Source: Clostridium sp. 26_21 (GTDB taxonomy: Bacteria > Bacillota > Clostridia > TANB77 > CAG-508). From it: DNA of 64,000 nucleotides. The stretch lies in the NCBI GenBank assembly GCA_001915995.1, contig MNRO01000021.1:93759-157758 (forward strand), written 5' to 3'. The notes under the pieces are model-generated. The model had not been told where the DNA came from. It saw only the letters and a list, made by a program, of their open reading frames with translations, and did no database searches. This document shows, one piece after another, positions 7,905 to 16,913 of this stretch. How positions within the stretch are numbered: the stretch's first letter is position 1; every line of letters begins with the position of its first letter. The position numbers and the translations under genes were made by a program.

Positions 7905-9563
7905 TTATTTTAAGTTCTCCTTAGCAATTTCTAAACGTTTTGCAATTCTATCTTTTCCTAATACTTGCATAATTTCATACATATCTGGTGTATTTGTTCT
8001 AGCAGTTAAAGCAACTCTTAATACTGTACTTACATCTCCAACATGTGCTTTATACATTCCTGGATTTGTTTTAAATTCTTTAACTTCACCTGCATATCCC
8101 ATTTCTACTGCTAATTCTTTAATTTTATCAAACCATGTTTGTTTATCATCTGATTCATTATAATATTTTGAAATATATAAATCTAATATTTTCGTAATAT
8201 CTTCTTTATCAGAAATAACTTGATATGGATATTCATTAACTTTTCCATAAAATTCATCATCATACATATATCCAATATTATACATTACATCAGACCATTT
8301 TGAAATATCTTTTCTTGGCTTCTTATTTCCTCTTTCAATTCCAAATACTTTTAAAGCATATTCTTTATCTTCTAACATTTTAGCTAATTCTTCATCATAT
8401 TCTTTTGCCCAAATTAATGAATAATTATATACTTCTTCAGCTGTCATTTTTGATATTACTGTTTTTCCAATATCAAGTAATTTTATCATATCAAATAATG
8501 CTCCACTTACACTCATCTTATTTAATTGGAAATCAAATTCATCTATTGATTTATCTGGATTTGCTTTTCTCCAATTTTCGAATGTTGAGTTTGCAATATT
8601 TAATAAATATTCTTTAACAGCTTCTGATGGAATACCTTCTTTTTTGTAATATTCAACAGCTGCTTCTGGATCTTTTCTTTTACTTAATTTTCTCTTTCCT
8701 CCATTATCATTTTTCATGATTGGTGAAATATGTGCATATTTTGGTGCTTTAAATCCTAATTCATGGAATAATTGTAAATGTAATGGTACTGATGATAACC
8801 ATTCATCACTTCTTATTACATGTGTTGTATGCATTAAATGATCATCAACTGCATGTGCAAAGTGATATGTTGGAAGTCCATCTGCTTTTATTATTACTAT
8901 ATCTAAATCGTTTTCTGGGAAATCTACATTTCCTTTTATTACATCTTTATGTTTGATTTTTCTATCTTCTCTTCCTGGTGATTTAAATCTTATTATATAT
9001 GGTTCTCCATTTTTTATTTTTTCAGCTGATTCCTCAACTGTTAAATTTCTGCATTTTGCCCAAACACCATAATATCCAGGTCTTATTTTGGCTGATTCTT
9101 GTTTTTGTCTAATTTCATCTAATTCTTCTTGTGTACAGAAACAAGGATATGCTTTTCCTCGTGCTATTAAATATTTAGCATATGCTTGATATATTTCTTT
9201 TCTTAATGATTGCTTATATGGTCCATAATTTCCAATTTCTTCTGTATCTGAAATCATTCCTTCATCTGGTGCCATATCAAAGTCTTTTAATGAATTAACT
9301 ATTCCTGTTACACCATTTTCTACTTCTCTTTTTTGGTCTGTATCTTCAACTCTTAAGAAAAATACTCCTCCTGTTTTCTTTGCAACTGTTCTTGCTACTA
9401 ATGCTTGATATAATCCTCCTATATGTACAAATCCTGTAGGACTTGGTGCAAATCTTGTTACAACAGCTCCTTCTGGTAGATTTCTTTCAGGATATTTTTC
9501 TTCATAATATGATATGTCTTTCACATCTGGAAAGATTAATTCTGCTAAATCTTTATAATCCAT
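7905..9563 (-). CDS. gltX: glutamate--tRNA ligase
   Basis: Class I signature RFAPSPTGFVHIGGLYQAL (HIGH-type) and a KLSKRK (KMSKS-type) loop. Confidence 0.85.
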   Translation of the reverse strand: MDYKDLAELIFPDVKDISYYEEKYPERNLPEGAVVTRFAPSPTGFVHIGGLYQALVARTVAKKTGGVFFLRVEDTDQKREVENGVTGIVNSLKDFDMAPDEGMISDTEEIGNYGPYKQSLRKEIYQAYAKYLIARGKAYPCFCTQEELDEIRQKQESAKIRPGYYGVWAKCRNLTVEESAEKIKNGEPYIIRFKSPGREDRKIKHKDVIKGNVDFPENDLDIVIIKADGLPTYHFAHAVDDHLMHTTHVIRSDEWLSSVPLHLQLFHELGFKAPKYAHISPIMKNDNGGKRKLSKRKDPEAAVEYYKKEGIPSEAVKEYLLNIANSTFENWRKANPDKSIDEFDFQLNKMSVSGALFDMIKLLDIGKTVISKMTAEEVYNYSLIWAKEYDEELAKMLEDKEYALKVFGIERGNKKPRKDISKWSDVMYNIGYMYDDEFYGKVNEYPYQVISDKEDITKILDLYISKYYNESDDKQTWFDKIKELAVEMGYAGEVKEFKTNPGMYKAHVGDVSTVLRVALTARTNTPDMYEIMQVLGKDRIAKRLEIAKENLK

Positions 9564-9668
9564 AATTTCAACATTCCTTGCTATTTTATATTTAGGTTTT
9601 TTGGATTTACCTATAAACCTTATAGTCGTCGTATATTATACTATATAAATGCCTATTTTTCAAGTTTT

Positions 9669-11123
9669 TTAGTTATATATGTTTTCTTTTTTTACCCAAA
9701 TAGATACACTTCCACCATTACAATAAAATATTCCATTACCGTCTTGATCAACATACACTGTTTCTTGTACATTTCCAAGCCAATCATAAAATACTGTATT
9801 TGCTAATTTTTTTCCTACATTTATCATTTTAGAACCACCAGGCCCATCACTTAAAATTGCAACCATTCCAGAGTCTGTATGTTCATCATCACCAGTTCTT
9901 ACCCATGCTATAATATCATGATGGTCAAAATAATCTATTTGTTCCCCATACGCAAAATATTTTCTTGCTTTTATTATTTTTTCTAGTTTTTCCCCCATTG
10001 GTTTTATATTTTGTGATGGTATTCCATAAAAATCACCATAAAATACACATGGTAATCCATCTTTTCTTAATAATATTAATGAATATGCTAATGGTTTAAA
10101 CCATTCTTGAATCCATGAAAATAGTGCTTGTCCTGGTTCTGTATCATGATTATCTACAAATGTTACTGCTAATTGTGGCATTTCTTTTACTAATGTATTA
10201 TCAAATATTCTTGCCATGTCATAATTTCCATTACTATTTGAAGCTTCAAATAAATTATAATGTAGTGGTACATCAAATAATGGAATACTTGAATTTGTTT
10301 TTGTTATATAATTTTCTAATGATTGTAAATTTCTGTTCCAATATTCTCCAACACAATCAAGTTTTTTTATTTTTCTCATTTCATGAATAAATTCAGCCAT
10401 AAATCCTGATTTTATATGTTTTACAGCATCTAGTCTTAGTCCATCAATATTTGTTGTTTCTATATACCATTTTCCCCATTTTTTTATTTCTTCAACAACT
10501 TCTGGATTATTATAATCAATATCAGCTCCCATCAAATAATCATAATTTCCATTTTCAGCATCTACATTTTGATCCCATTTCTTACCACTAAAACGAAATA
10601 CCCCATTTTTTCTTCCACTTTCGTCCCAGTCTGTTCCATTAAAATGATTATAATTCCATTTAAAGTCTGAATATTTGTTATTTCTTCCTTTAAAATTGTA
10701 TACTGTCCATGCTGTTATTTTTTTTGGAAGTGATGTATCTACATTTCTGTTTGTTTGTTCTTCTTCACTTGCATAAACGATTTCAGGCTCATCTGCTCCT
10801 ATTTTATGATTTAATACTATATCTGCATATACTCTTATTCCATTTTCATGTAATTTTTTTATTGCATTTATATATTCCTCTTTTGTTCCATATTTTGTTT
10901 CTATACTTCCTTTTTGGTCAAATTCTCCTAAATCATATAAATCATATGCAGAATATCCTACATCATATTTTCCTCCTGCACCTTTATATGCTGGTGGAAA
11001 CCATACATCTGTTATTCCTATTGCTGATAGATATTGAGCATTTGCTATTGCTTTATTCCATAATTTATTTTCTGGTCTTAAATACCATTCAAAATATTGC
11101 ATTAATGTTTTATTTTCTTTCAT
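9669..11123 (-). CDS. amyA: cytoplasmic alpha-amylase (GH13)
   Basis: MQYFEWY start, then GIRVYADIVLNHK, GLRLDAVKHI and FVDNHDT, which are GH13 conserved regions I, II and IV. There is no signal peptide. Confidence 0.9.
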   Translation of the reverse strand: MKENKTLMQYFEWYLRPENKLWNKAIANAQYLSAIGITDVWFPPAYKGAGGKYDVGYSAYDLYDLGEFDQKGSIETKYGTKEEYINAIKKLHENGIRVYADIVLNHKIGADEPEIVYASEEEQTNRNVDTSLPKKITAWTVYNFKGRNNKYSDFKWNYNHFNGTDWDESGRKNGVFRFSGKKWDQNVDAENGNYDYLMGADIDYNNPEVVEEIKKWGKWYIETTNIDGLRLDAVKHIKSGFMAEFIHEMRKIKKLDCVGEYWNRNLQSLENYITKTNSSIPLFDVPLHYNLFEASNSNGNYDMARIFDNTLVKEMPQLAVTFVDNHDTEPGQALFSWIQEWFKPLAYSLILLRKDGLPCVFYGDFYGIPSQNIKPMGEKLEKIIKARKYFAYGEQIDYFDHHDIIAWVRTGDDEHTDSGMVAILSDGPGGSKMINVGKKLANTVFYDWLGNVQETVYVDQDGNGIFYCNGGSVSIWVKKENIYN

Positions 11124-11401
11124 TTGTATTTTCCTTCTTTATATATCTTTTTTGTCTATGTCTAAAATAATCTTTGCTTTATTAATAATATAATATTTTC
11201 CTAAAAAAATCAATGATAAAATCCTTTATATTTATTTATTATAAGTAATACTATTATTACTTATAGTATTAAACATTTTCGTAGTTATTATTATCAATAT
11301 CCTAACCACACTTAAAATAGATTTTTTATTGTCTTATATCATAGGAAAAGCTTTTTCACAATGTTAAAGCTTCATTTACTACACACATAACACGTAGTAT
11401 T

Positions 11402-11449
11402 GAAAATAATAAAACGACCAACTAAATAAAACAATTTAAGTTGATCGTT
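11402..11449 (-). terminator. putative intrinsic terminator downstream of spo0A
   Basis: On the minus strand the stem aacgaucaacu / aguuggucguu (one G-U) is followed by UUAUUAUUUU. On the plus strand the same position is a C-A mismatch. Confidence 0.5.
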
Positions 11450-11606
11450 TTTCATATTATATCTATTATGTTTGTTGCATTAGTCTATTTGTATCTATTG
11501 GATTGAGTACTGATTTTTTATTAAATCTAGTGCAAAAAATGCAATCTATATTTATTTATTGATATTACAAATTTCTGTATCTGGCTTTTCTCAAGTCTTT
11601 TGGATT

Positions 11607-12437
11607 TTATGCACTCTTAAGTTCAAGCCTTAATTTATCACTAATCATTGCTATAAATTCGCTGTTAGTTGGCTTTCCTTTTGCTGCTGATATTGTGTAT
11701 CCAAATATATTTTCAACAATATCTTGTTGTCCTCTTCCCCATGCTACTTCTATTGCGTGGCGTATTGCTCTTTCTACTCTTGATGGAGTTGTGTGAAATT
11801 TGTTAGCTATTTGTGGATACAAACACTTAGTAATTTGATTTATAACATCTATATCATTAATAACCATAATAATTGCTTCTCTCAAATATTGGTAACCCTT
11901 TATATGTGCAGGAACACCAACTTCATGTATAATATTTGTTACTAATGCTTCAATATTATTCTCTTTATTTACAGAATTATTTGATATATCTATATATTGT
12001 TGTTTATTTGTATTGTTAATTTCCCTTGATATAAAGTTAGAATTTTGTGAAGCTGGTTTATAATTTTTTAATTCTCTAATTCTTGTTATAAGTAAATCTA
12101 TATCAAATGGTTTTACAACATAATATTCTGCTCCAAGTTCAATTGCTCTTCTTGTTACTTTATCTTGTCCGACTGCAGATAACATTATACAAATAGGTTT
12201 TTTGTTTAATTTTATCATATTCATTTGTTCCAAAACCCCTATCCCATCTAAATGTGGCATTATTACATCTAATAATACTATATCTGGCGTTAAACTAGAT
12301 ATCATATCTAATGCTTCATTTCCGTCTTTAGCTCTCCCTACAATTACCATATCTTCTTGATTTTTTAAATATGTTGCTAATGTTGTACTAAATTCCTGAT
12401 TATCATCTGCTATTAAAACTGTAATTTTTTCTCTCAT
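11607..12437 (-). CDS. spo0A: sporulation master regulator Spo0A
   Basis: Receiver domain [10 protein letters not shown]...[10 protein letters not shown] and the diagnostic C-terminal domain [21 protein letters not shown] ... [19 protein letters not shown] chose the start at MREKITV because AGGAGG lies 7 nt upstream. Confidence 0.95.
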   Translation of the reverse strand: MREKITVLIADDNQEFSTTLATYLKNQEDMVIVGRAKDGNEALDMISSLTPDIVLLDVIMPHLDGIGVLEQMNMIKLNKKPICIMLSAVGQDKVTRRAIELGAEYYVVKPFDIDLLITRIRELKNYKPASQNSNFISREINNTNKQQYIDISNNSVNKENNIEALVTNIIHEVGVPAHIKGYQYLREAIIMVINDIDVINQITKCLYPQIANKFHTTPSRVERAIRHAIEVAWGRGQQDIVENIFGYTISAAKGKPTNSEFIAMISDKLRLELKSA

Positions 12438-12483
12438 GTTTTTTCCTCCTAATTTTTTCAATTGTAAATAACTTACATTTTGG

Positions 12484-12512
12484 ATTATATTACACAGAAA
12501 ATAAGATTACAA
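12484..12512 (-). promoter_or_regulatory. sigma-A type promoter upstream of spo0A
   Basis: On the minus strand: TTGTAA (12507-12512), 17-nt spacer, TATAAT (12484-12489). Confidence 0.5.
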
Positions 12513-12541
12513 TATTTTTTTGGAATTTTTTGCCATTTAAT

Positions 12542-13189
12542 CTAATTCTTTTCAACCATTTCAACTATTTTTTGACAAGTTTCGACAATATTAATTATTT
12601 TTAATTTTTGTTCATCAATATCTTTTATAAAACTATTTTTTATAGTATTATCCATTTCTACTTTTAACTCTACATTTTCATAATATTTTATATCAAAGAT
12701 CTTTATATTATTGATTTTACAATAATGTTTAAAACTTTCCAAATTAGAATATTCTATTTCTATTTGAAATTCTACCCCTTCAACTTTTTTTATCAATCTA
12801 GAATTTTGTATGGCTTTATTCTCAGCTTCTGAATAAACTCTAACTAATCCGCCCGTTCCTAATAGAATTCCACCAAAATACCTAGTAACAACAACTAAAA
12901 TATTACATAATTTCTTTCCTTGCAATATACTTAGCATTGGAGCTCCGGCAGTTCCTGATGGCTCACCATCATCACTTGATCTTTCAATTATTCTATTATC
13001 TTTAAAAATTCTATATGCTATGCAATGATGTTTTGCATCATAATATTTTTTCTTTATTTCTTTTATTATTTTCTCAGCTTCTTCAATATTAGAAATAGGA
13101 TATATATTTGCTATAAATCTCGATTTTTTTTCAACAATTTCTGCTGTTGAATTATTAGATATTGTAAAAAACTCTATCAATTTTATCAC
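12542..13189 (-). CDS. yigZ: YigZ / IMPACT family protein (UPF0029)
   Basis: EKKSRFIANIYP ... AKHHCIAYRI ... SDDGEPSGTAGAPML are signature segments of the family. Confidence 0.8.
   Translation of the reverse strand: MIKLIEFFTISNNSTAEIVEKKSRFIANIYPISNIEEAEKIIKEIKKKYYDAKHHCIAYRIFKDNRIIERSSDDGEPSGTAGAPMLSILQGKKLCNILVVVTRYFGGILLGTGGLVRVYSEAENKAIQNSRLIKKVEGVEFQIEIEYSNLESFKHYCKINNIKIFDIKYYENVELKVEMDNTIKNSFIKDIDEQKLKIINIVETCQKIVEMVEKN
12581..12589 (-). promoter_or_regulatory. Spo0A-box (ATTGTCGAA) upstream of spo0A
   Basis: The plus-strand ttcgacaat reads ATTGTCGAA on the minus strand. It lies about 70 bp upstream of the spo0A -35, inside the 3' end of yigZ. Confidence 0.35.
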
Positions 13190-13208
13190 ATCCTTAATAA
13201 ATCCATTT

Positions 13209-14474
13209 TTATTCTTCTACATTTCCAACATACATTCCTGCTGTATAACCAGTTGAATATGCAATTTGCAAATTAAATCCACCTGTATATGAATCAACAT
13301 CTATTATTTCTCCAGCAAAATACAATCCTTTAATAATTTTTGATTCCATTGTTTTTGGATTTATTTCTTTTACATTTATTCCTCCACTAGTAATAATAGC
13401 TTCTTCAACTGGCCTGAAATCTTTAATTGTAAGCTCAAATTTTTTTAAACAATTTACTAATTTTTTTCTTTCTTCTTTAGTTATTTCATTAACTTTTTTA
13501 TTTTCATTAATACATGATTTTTCTATTATTATAGGTATCATTTTTTGAGGTAATAATTTATCTAAAGAGTGTTTAAATTGTTTATTTCTGAATTCTTTAA
13601 AATCTCTCAAAATCCTATCATCTAATTTTTCTTCTGTCAATGCTGGTTTTAAATCTATATATAATTTTATTTGTCTTTTTTTCATTAAATCATCAATTTC
13701 TTTGTATCTTACCAAATGTGCAGAACTGCTTAAAATTATTGGACCTGATATTCCAAAATGTGTAAAAATCATCTCTCCAAAATCTTCATAAATTAATTTA
13801 TTTTTACTTTCATCATTTATTTTTATTCCAGTATTTTTTAAACTAATTCCTTGCATTTCTTTACATTCATTTTTTTCATATATTATTAATGGTACTAATG
13901 ATGGTTTTATTGGTATTATTTTATGTCCTAAGCTACTTGCTATACTATATCCGTCTCCAGTTGACCCTGTTAATGGATAGCTTTTTCCTCCTGTTGCTAA
14001 TATTATCTTTTCTGTTTTAATAATTTCTTTATCTGTTCTTACTCCTAAAATATTATTATTTTGTATTAAAATCTTTTCTACTCTAGTATTAAAAAGCTTT
14101 TTTATATTTAATTCATTAATCTTTCTTTTAAAACAATTTAAAACATCTACTGATTTATCTGTAATCGGAAATATTCTATTTCCTCTCTCTTCTTTAACTT
14201 CAAGTCCTTGTCTTTTTAAGAATTCTATTATATCTGTATTAGTATAATTTTGAAATGCACTATACAAAAATTGGCCATTTCCTGGTGTATTTTTTATAAA
14301 ATCACTCATATATAAAGAACTTGTAATATTACATCTTCCTTTTCCTGTTATCAATAATTTTTTTCCAAAATCAGAATTTTTTTCTATTATTATTACTTCA
14401 TTTCCATATTCTGCCGCAGTTATTGCAGCCATCATTCCTGCAGGTCCACCACCTATTACTATTACTTTTGCCAT
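13209..14474 (-). CDS. NAD(P)/FAD-dependent oxidoreductase, HI0933/YhiN (BaiN-like) family
   Basis: Dinucleotide fold VIVIGGGPAGMMAAITAAEYG and the C-terminal GLYFAGEIIDVDSYTGGFNLQIAYSTG motif typical of this family. Confidence 0.8.
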   Translation of the reverse strand: MAKVIVIGGGPAGMMAAITAAEYGNEVIIIEKNSDFGKKLLITGKGRCNITSSLYMSDFIKNTPGNGQFLYSAFQNYTNTDIIEFLKRQGLEVKEERGNRIFPITDKSVDVLNCFKRKINELNIKKLFNTRVEKILIQNNNILGVRTDKEIIKTEKIILATGGKSYPLTGSTGDGYSIASSLGHKIIPIKPSLVPLIIYEKNECKEMQGISLKNTGIKINDESKNKLIYEDFGEMIFTHFGISGPIILSSSAHLVRYKEIDDLMKKRQIKLYIDLKPALTEEKLDDRILRDFKEFRNKQFKHSLDKLLPQKMIPIIIEKSCINENKKVNEITKEERKKLVNCLKKFELTIKDFRPVEEAIITSGGINVKEINPKTMESKIIKGLYFAGEIIDVDSYTGGFNLQIAYSTGYTAGMYVGNVEE

Positions 14475-14562
14475 ATTTTTGTATACTTTCCTCCATTTCT
14501 ACTTATTTTATAATATATTAACAAATTTTTCGCAAAAAATCAAACAAATTAATAAAAATATC

Positions 14563-14591
14563 TTGACAAATTATCAAAAAGATATTAAAAT
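14563..14591 (+). promoter_or_regulatory. sigma-A type promoter for the tRNA pair
   Basis: TTGACA (14563-14568), 17-nt spacer, TAAAAT (14586-14591). Confidence 0.6.
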
Positions 14592-14622
14592 ATGTTGTGT
14601 GTTCACAAATGGACTAAATAAT

Positions 14623-14700
14623 GGTGGATGTAGCGTAGTTGGTTAACGCGCCAGTTTGTGGCACTGGAGACCGTGGGTTCGAGTCCCATCTTCCACCCCA
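14623..14700 (+). tRNA. tRNA-His (GUG)
   Basis: Cloverleaf read by eye. It has an extra 5' G(-1) opposite C73, anticodon stem ccagt/actgg with loop ttGTGgc, T-arm gtggg-ttcgagt-cccat, and an encoded CCA. Confidence 0.9.
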
Positions 14701-14735
14701 TATAATACCTTTATATGTTATATTTAATTTTATAC

Positions 14736-14810
14736 TGGGCTGTAGCCAAGCGGTAAGGCATTAGACTTTGACTCTAACATGCGCTAGTTCGAATCTAGCC
14801 AGCCCAACCA
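14736..14810 (+). tRNA. tRNA-Gln (UUG)
   Basis: Starts tgggc. Anticodon stem ttaga/tctaa with loop ctTTGac, T-loop ttcgaat, 3' end agcccaaCCA. Confidence 0.9.
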
Positions 14811-14816
14811 CAAAAT

Positions 14817-14850
14817 AACGAGATATGCTAATATCTCGTTTATTTTTTTT
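14817..14850 (+). terminator. intrinsic terminator after the tRNA genes
   Basis: Stem aacgagatat / atatctcgtt, loop gcta, followed by T-rich tatttttttt. Confidence 0.85.
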
Positions 14851-14884
14851 CATACATTACTATTTTTTTGAACTACAGGTCTTC

Positions 14885-14923
14885 CTTTAAATAACAGAAA
14901 GGACCCAAGCAATGCTCGGGTCC
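14885..14923 (-). terminator. intrinsic terminator of the 45-aa ORF
   Basis: On the minus strand, GGACCC gagcattgctt GGGTCC is followed by TTTCTGTTATTT. Confidence 0.65.
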
Positions 14924-14941
14924 ACGCCAGGGATATTGTTT

Positions 14942-15079
14942 TTAACTTGCGCTAATTTCTCGCAGTTTTCGAAGATTTCTGTTCATTTCACAAGCAAGCT
15001 TGTTCCATTTAAAGAACTCCTCAATAGATGCCGAAGTCTTGACGCAATAAAAACCAGACTTTCTGTCATATACAATCAT
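14942..15079 (-). CDS. small hypothetical protein, 45 aa (not in the supplied ORF track; islet 2)
   Basis: Encodes MIVYDRKSGFYCVKTSASIEEFFKWNKLACEMNRNLRKLREISAS. An AAGGAGG SD lies 9 nt upstream of the ATG at 15079. It has its own consensus promoter and terminator, and the region is G+C-richer than its surroundings. Confidence 0.5.
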   Translation of the reverse strand: MIVYDRKSGFYCVKTSASIEEFFKWNKLACEMNRNLRKLREISAS

Positions 15080-15119
15080 TCTTTTGTACCTCCTTGGCTT
15101 TAGCCATCATGATAGAACT

Positions 15120-15148
15120 ATTATACCATATTTTTACTTTTTTTGCAA
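15120..15148 (-). promoter_or_regulatory. consensus sigma-A promoter of the 45-aa ORF
   Basis: On the minus strand: TTGCAA (15143-15148), 17-nt spacer, TATAAT (15120-15125), with extended -10 TGGTATAAT. Confidence 0.6.
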
Positions 15149-15177
15149 GTTTTGTATATATAAGCCAAATTTTTTCA

Positions 15178-15224
15178 TTAAAAATCACCACATCTAGAAT
15201 TAATTTATTCTAAATGTGATGATT
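15178..15224 (-). terminator. putative terminator of the 150-aa secreted-protein gene
   Basis: A long imperfect stem, atcatcacatttagaat / attctagatgtggtgat, on the minus strand, followed by TTTTTAAT. Confidence 0.55.
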
Positions 15225-15229
15225 TAGTG

Positions 15230-15682
15230 TTAGCTTGCCATCTGAGTTGATGCCATTTTCCACAAGTTAACAGCTGTCTGCCAACTAATAGGCCCTACGC
15301 TATAGGAATAACCAGAACTACTATCATTATAAGTTCTTTGAGTAATAGTAATTCCTTCAATAGGATTGGAAATCTGTTGTGTTTGATCCCATTGATTTCC
15401 TTCAACAGAAAAATCAAAATACAGACCATTATTCAGATTTCCATGAATTCTTACCTTACTTCCCTTGCCATAGCCATACTGTTCCCATTGGCCTTCACCA
15501 AGATCAATTGTATAGTCTACTTCGTTAGAAGCATCCTGATACCAGTTCACATATGAGTTTCCACCCATAAGTGCCATAACTTGAAGCCAATTTACATTCT
15601 GACTATCAGCATTTGCCGTATTTGCCCCATTAGAACACAGCATCTGAAGGACCAGTGCAATAACAACTAAAATATTTTGCAT
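15230..15682 (-). CDS. secreted hypothetical protein, 150 aa (islet 2)
   Basis: N-terminal signal peptide MQNILVVIALVLQMLCSNGANTANA/DS and a GGAGG SD. A 60-nt line at 15241 counts 28 G+C (about 47 %). I recognise no family. Confidence 0.7.
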   Translation of the reverse strand: MQNILVVIALVLQMLCSNGANTANADSQNVNWLQVMALMGGNSYVNWYQDASNEVDYTIDLGEGQWEQYGYGKGSKVRIHGNLNNGLYFDFSVEGNQWDQTQQISNPIEGITITQRTYNDSSSGYSYSVGPISWQTAVNLWKMASTQMAS

Positions 15683-15750
15683 AATCTAACCTCCGAATTT
15701 CTCTAAATGTATGCTAACGACGATCAAAAGGGATTTCCCCTTCATATAAG

Positions 15751-15779
15751 ATTATACTATATAAAAATACTTCTGTCAA
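15751..15779 (-). promoter_or_regulatory. consensus sigma-A promoter of the 150-aa gene, overlapping the mazF stop codon
   Basis: On the minus strand: TTGACA (15774-15779), 17-nt spacer, TATAAT (15751-15756). Confidence 0.6.
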
Positions 15780-16123
15780 TCTAATCCAAAGCTTATGCCT
15801 AATGCACTATTTAATTTGTTTATTATTGTATTATCATCAATATGCCCTATTTTTTCTTTCAATCTACTTTTATCTATTGTACGTATTTGTTCTGTTAAAA
15901 CAACAGAATTACTCTTAAGTCCACTTGTATTTTCTCCTATTTCTATGTGTGTAGGTAATTTTGTCTTGTTCGTCTGAGAAGTTATTGCTGCAGCAATTAC
16001 TGTTGGACTATATCTATTTCCCAAATCATTCTGTATTATTACAACTGGTCTAATTCCACCTTGTTCTGATCCAATAACTGGACTTAAATCTGCATAAAAC
16101 ATATCTCCTCTTTTTACTATCAT
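15776..16123 (-). CDS. mazF: type II toxin, MazF/EndoA (PemK-family) mRNA interferase
   Basis: MIVKRGDMFYADLSPVIGSEQGGIRPVVIIQNDLGNRYSPTVIAAAITSQ...LTEQIRTIDKSRL is the canonical MazF/NdoA sequence pattern. I chose the ATG at 16123 because AGGAG lies 8 nt upstream. Confidence 0.9.
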   Translation of the reverse strand: MIVKRGDMFYADLSPVIGSEQGGIRPVVIIQNDLGNRYSPTVIAAAITSQTNKTKLPTHIEIGENTSGLKSNSVVLTEQIRTIDKSRLKEKIGHIDDNTIINKLNSALGISFGLD

Positions 16124-16202
16124 TTTCTTCACTCCTAAACTTACTATATATCAAGTTTATATATTTGTATTTTTTCTTAGTTCGAAGCAAAGATATTACA
16201 AT

Positions 16203-16805
16203 TTACATATTAATCTTTACCTCATTATATAATATGTAAATCATACTTTTTTGTTTATTATCTTTTATTACCATTTGTGTTGGCATTTTTGTTTTTTTAT
16301 CTATATGTAGTGCTTTTTCTTGTATATATATATTACTTAGTCTACTATTAGTACTCATTATTATTTCTGTTTCATTTTCTTCAAATTTTGATTTTTCGTT
16401 TTCTTTATAATCTTCTATAAATGTTGATAAATCTAAACAATTATTTCCTAAATATGTATAATTTTCTAATATTTTATTTAAATTTATATTGCTATTTTCT
16501 AATTTCAAATTTGTTCCATCATTTGTTATCTTTATTCCTGCAATATTACTTGGTTCTAATACTTCTTGTATACTATTATTTTTTGAGTATTTTTGAATTA
16601 GTACATATTTATTATTGTTTTTATTACTTGTTATTGTAACTGTTATTTTAGTCTCATATGAACTAAGATTTAAAATATCTTCTAAAATTTCTTGACTATT
16701 TTTATTATTTCCATTTTTTTTATTTTTAAAACTTTTTCTAAAAAAAATCATTCCACTTATTACAAAAATTATAATTAATAAAATTATCCAATACTTTTTT
16801 TTCAT
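16203..16805 (-). CDS. membrane-anchored protein, possibly the GerS/YdcC-like (LolA-fold) sporulation/germination protein
   Basis: N-terminal TM helix YWIILLIIIFVISGMIFF followed by a ~170 aa beta-rich N/K/S-rich domain. The assignment rests mainly on its position directly upstream of mazF, as in the ydcC-alr-ndoAI-ndoA neighbourhood. It is not a sequence match I can verify. Confidence 0.3.
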   Translation of the reverse strand: MKKKYWIILLIIIFVISGMIFFRKSFKNKKNGNNKNSQEILEDILNLSSYETKITVTITSNKNNNKYVLIQKYSKNNSIQEVLEPSNIAGIKITNDGTNLKLENSNINLNKILENYTYLGNNCLDLSTFIEDYKENEKSKFEENETEIIMSTNSRLSNIYIQEKALHIDKKTKMPTQMVIKDNKQKSMIYILYNEVKINM

Positions 16806-16913
16806 TTTTCCTCCATATCTATTGCTTAATATTTATTATTTATTTTTATCTTTTATTCTAATAAACACGAAAAAAGATAGAAAAATTAATTTTCTATCTT
16901 TTTTCATTTATTT

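Noticed and set aside
11124-11606. The 483-bp non-coding gap between amyA and spo0A. I examined it for a cre site, a riboswitch or an sRNA. It contains nested palindromes at 11238-11270.
   Set aside because: There is no match to the cre consensus (TGWAANCGNTNWCA-like) or to any riboswitch core I know. Only a probable spo0A-side terminator (11402-11449) is supportable. An sRNA cannot be excluded without expression data.
14912-15103. A 63-aa plus-strand ORF in the tRNA-adjacent islet.
   Set aside because: It has no SD or promoter. The opposite strand carries a 45-aa ORF with an AAGGAGG SD, a consensus promoter and a terminator, which explains the open frame better.
14623-15779. An integrative element inserted at tRNA-Gln.
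   Set aside because: There is no integrase or excisionase, and no direct repeat of the tRNA 3' end at the far boundary. I keep only the weaker statement that a compositionally foreign islet abuts the tRNA pair.
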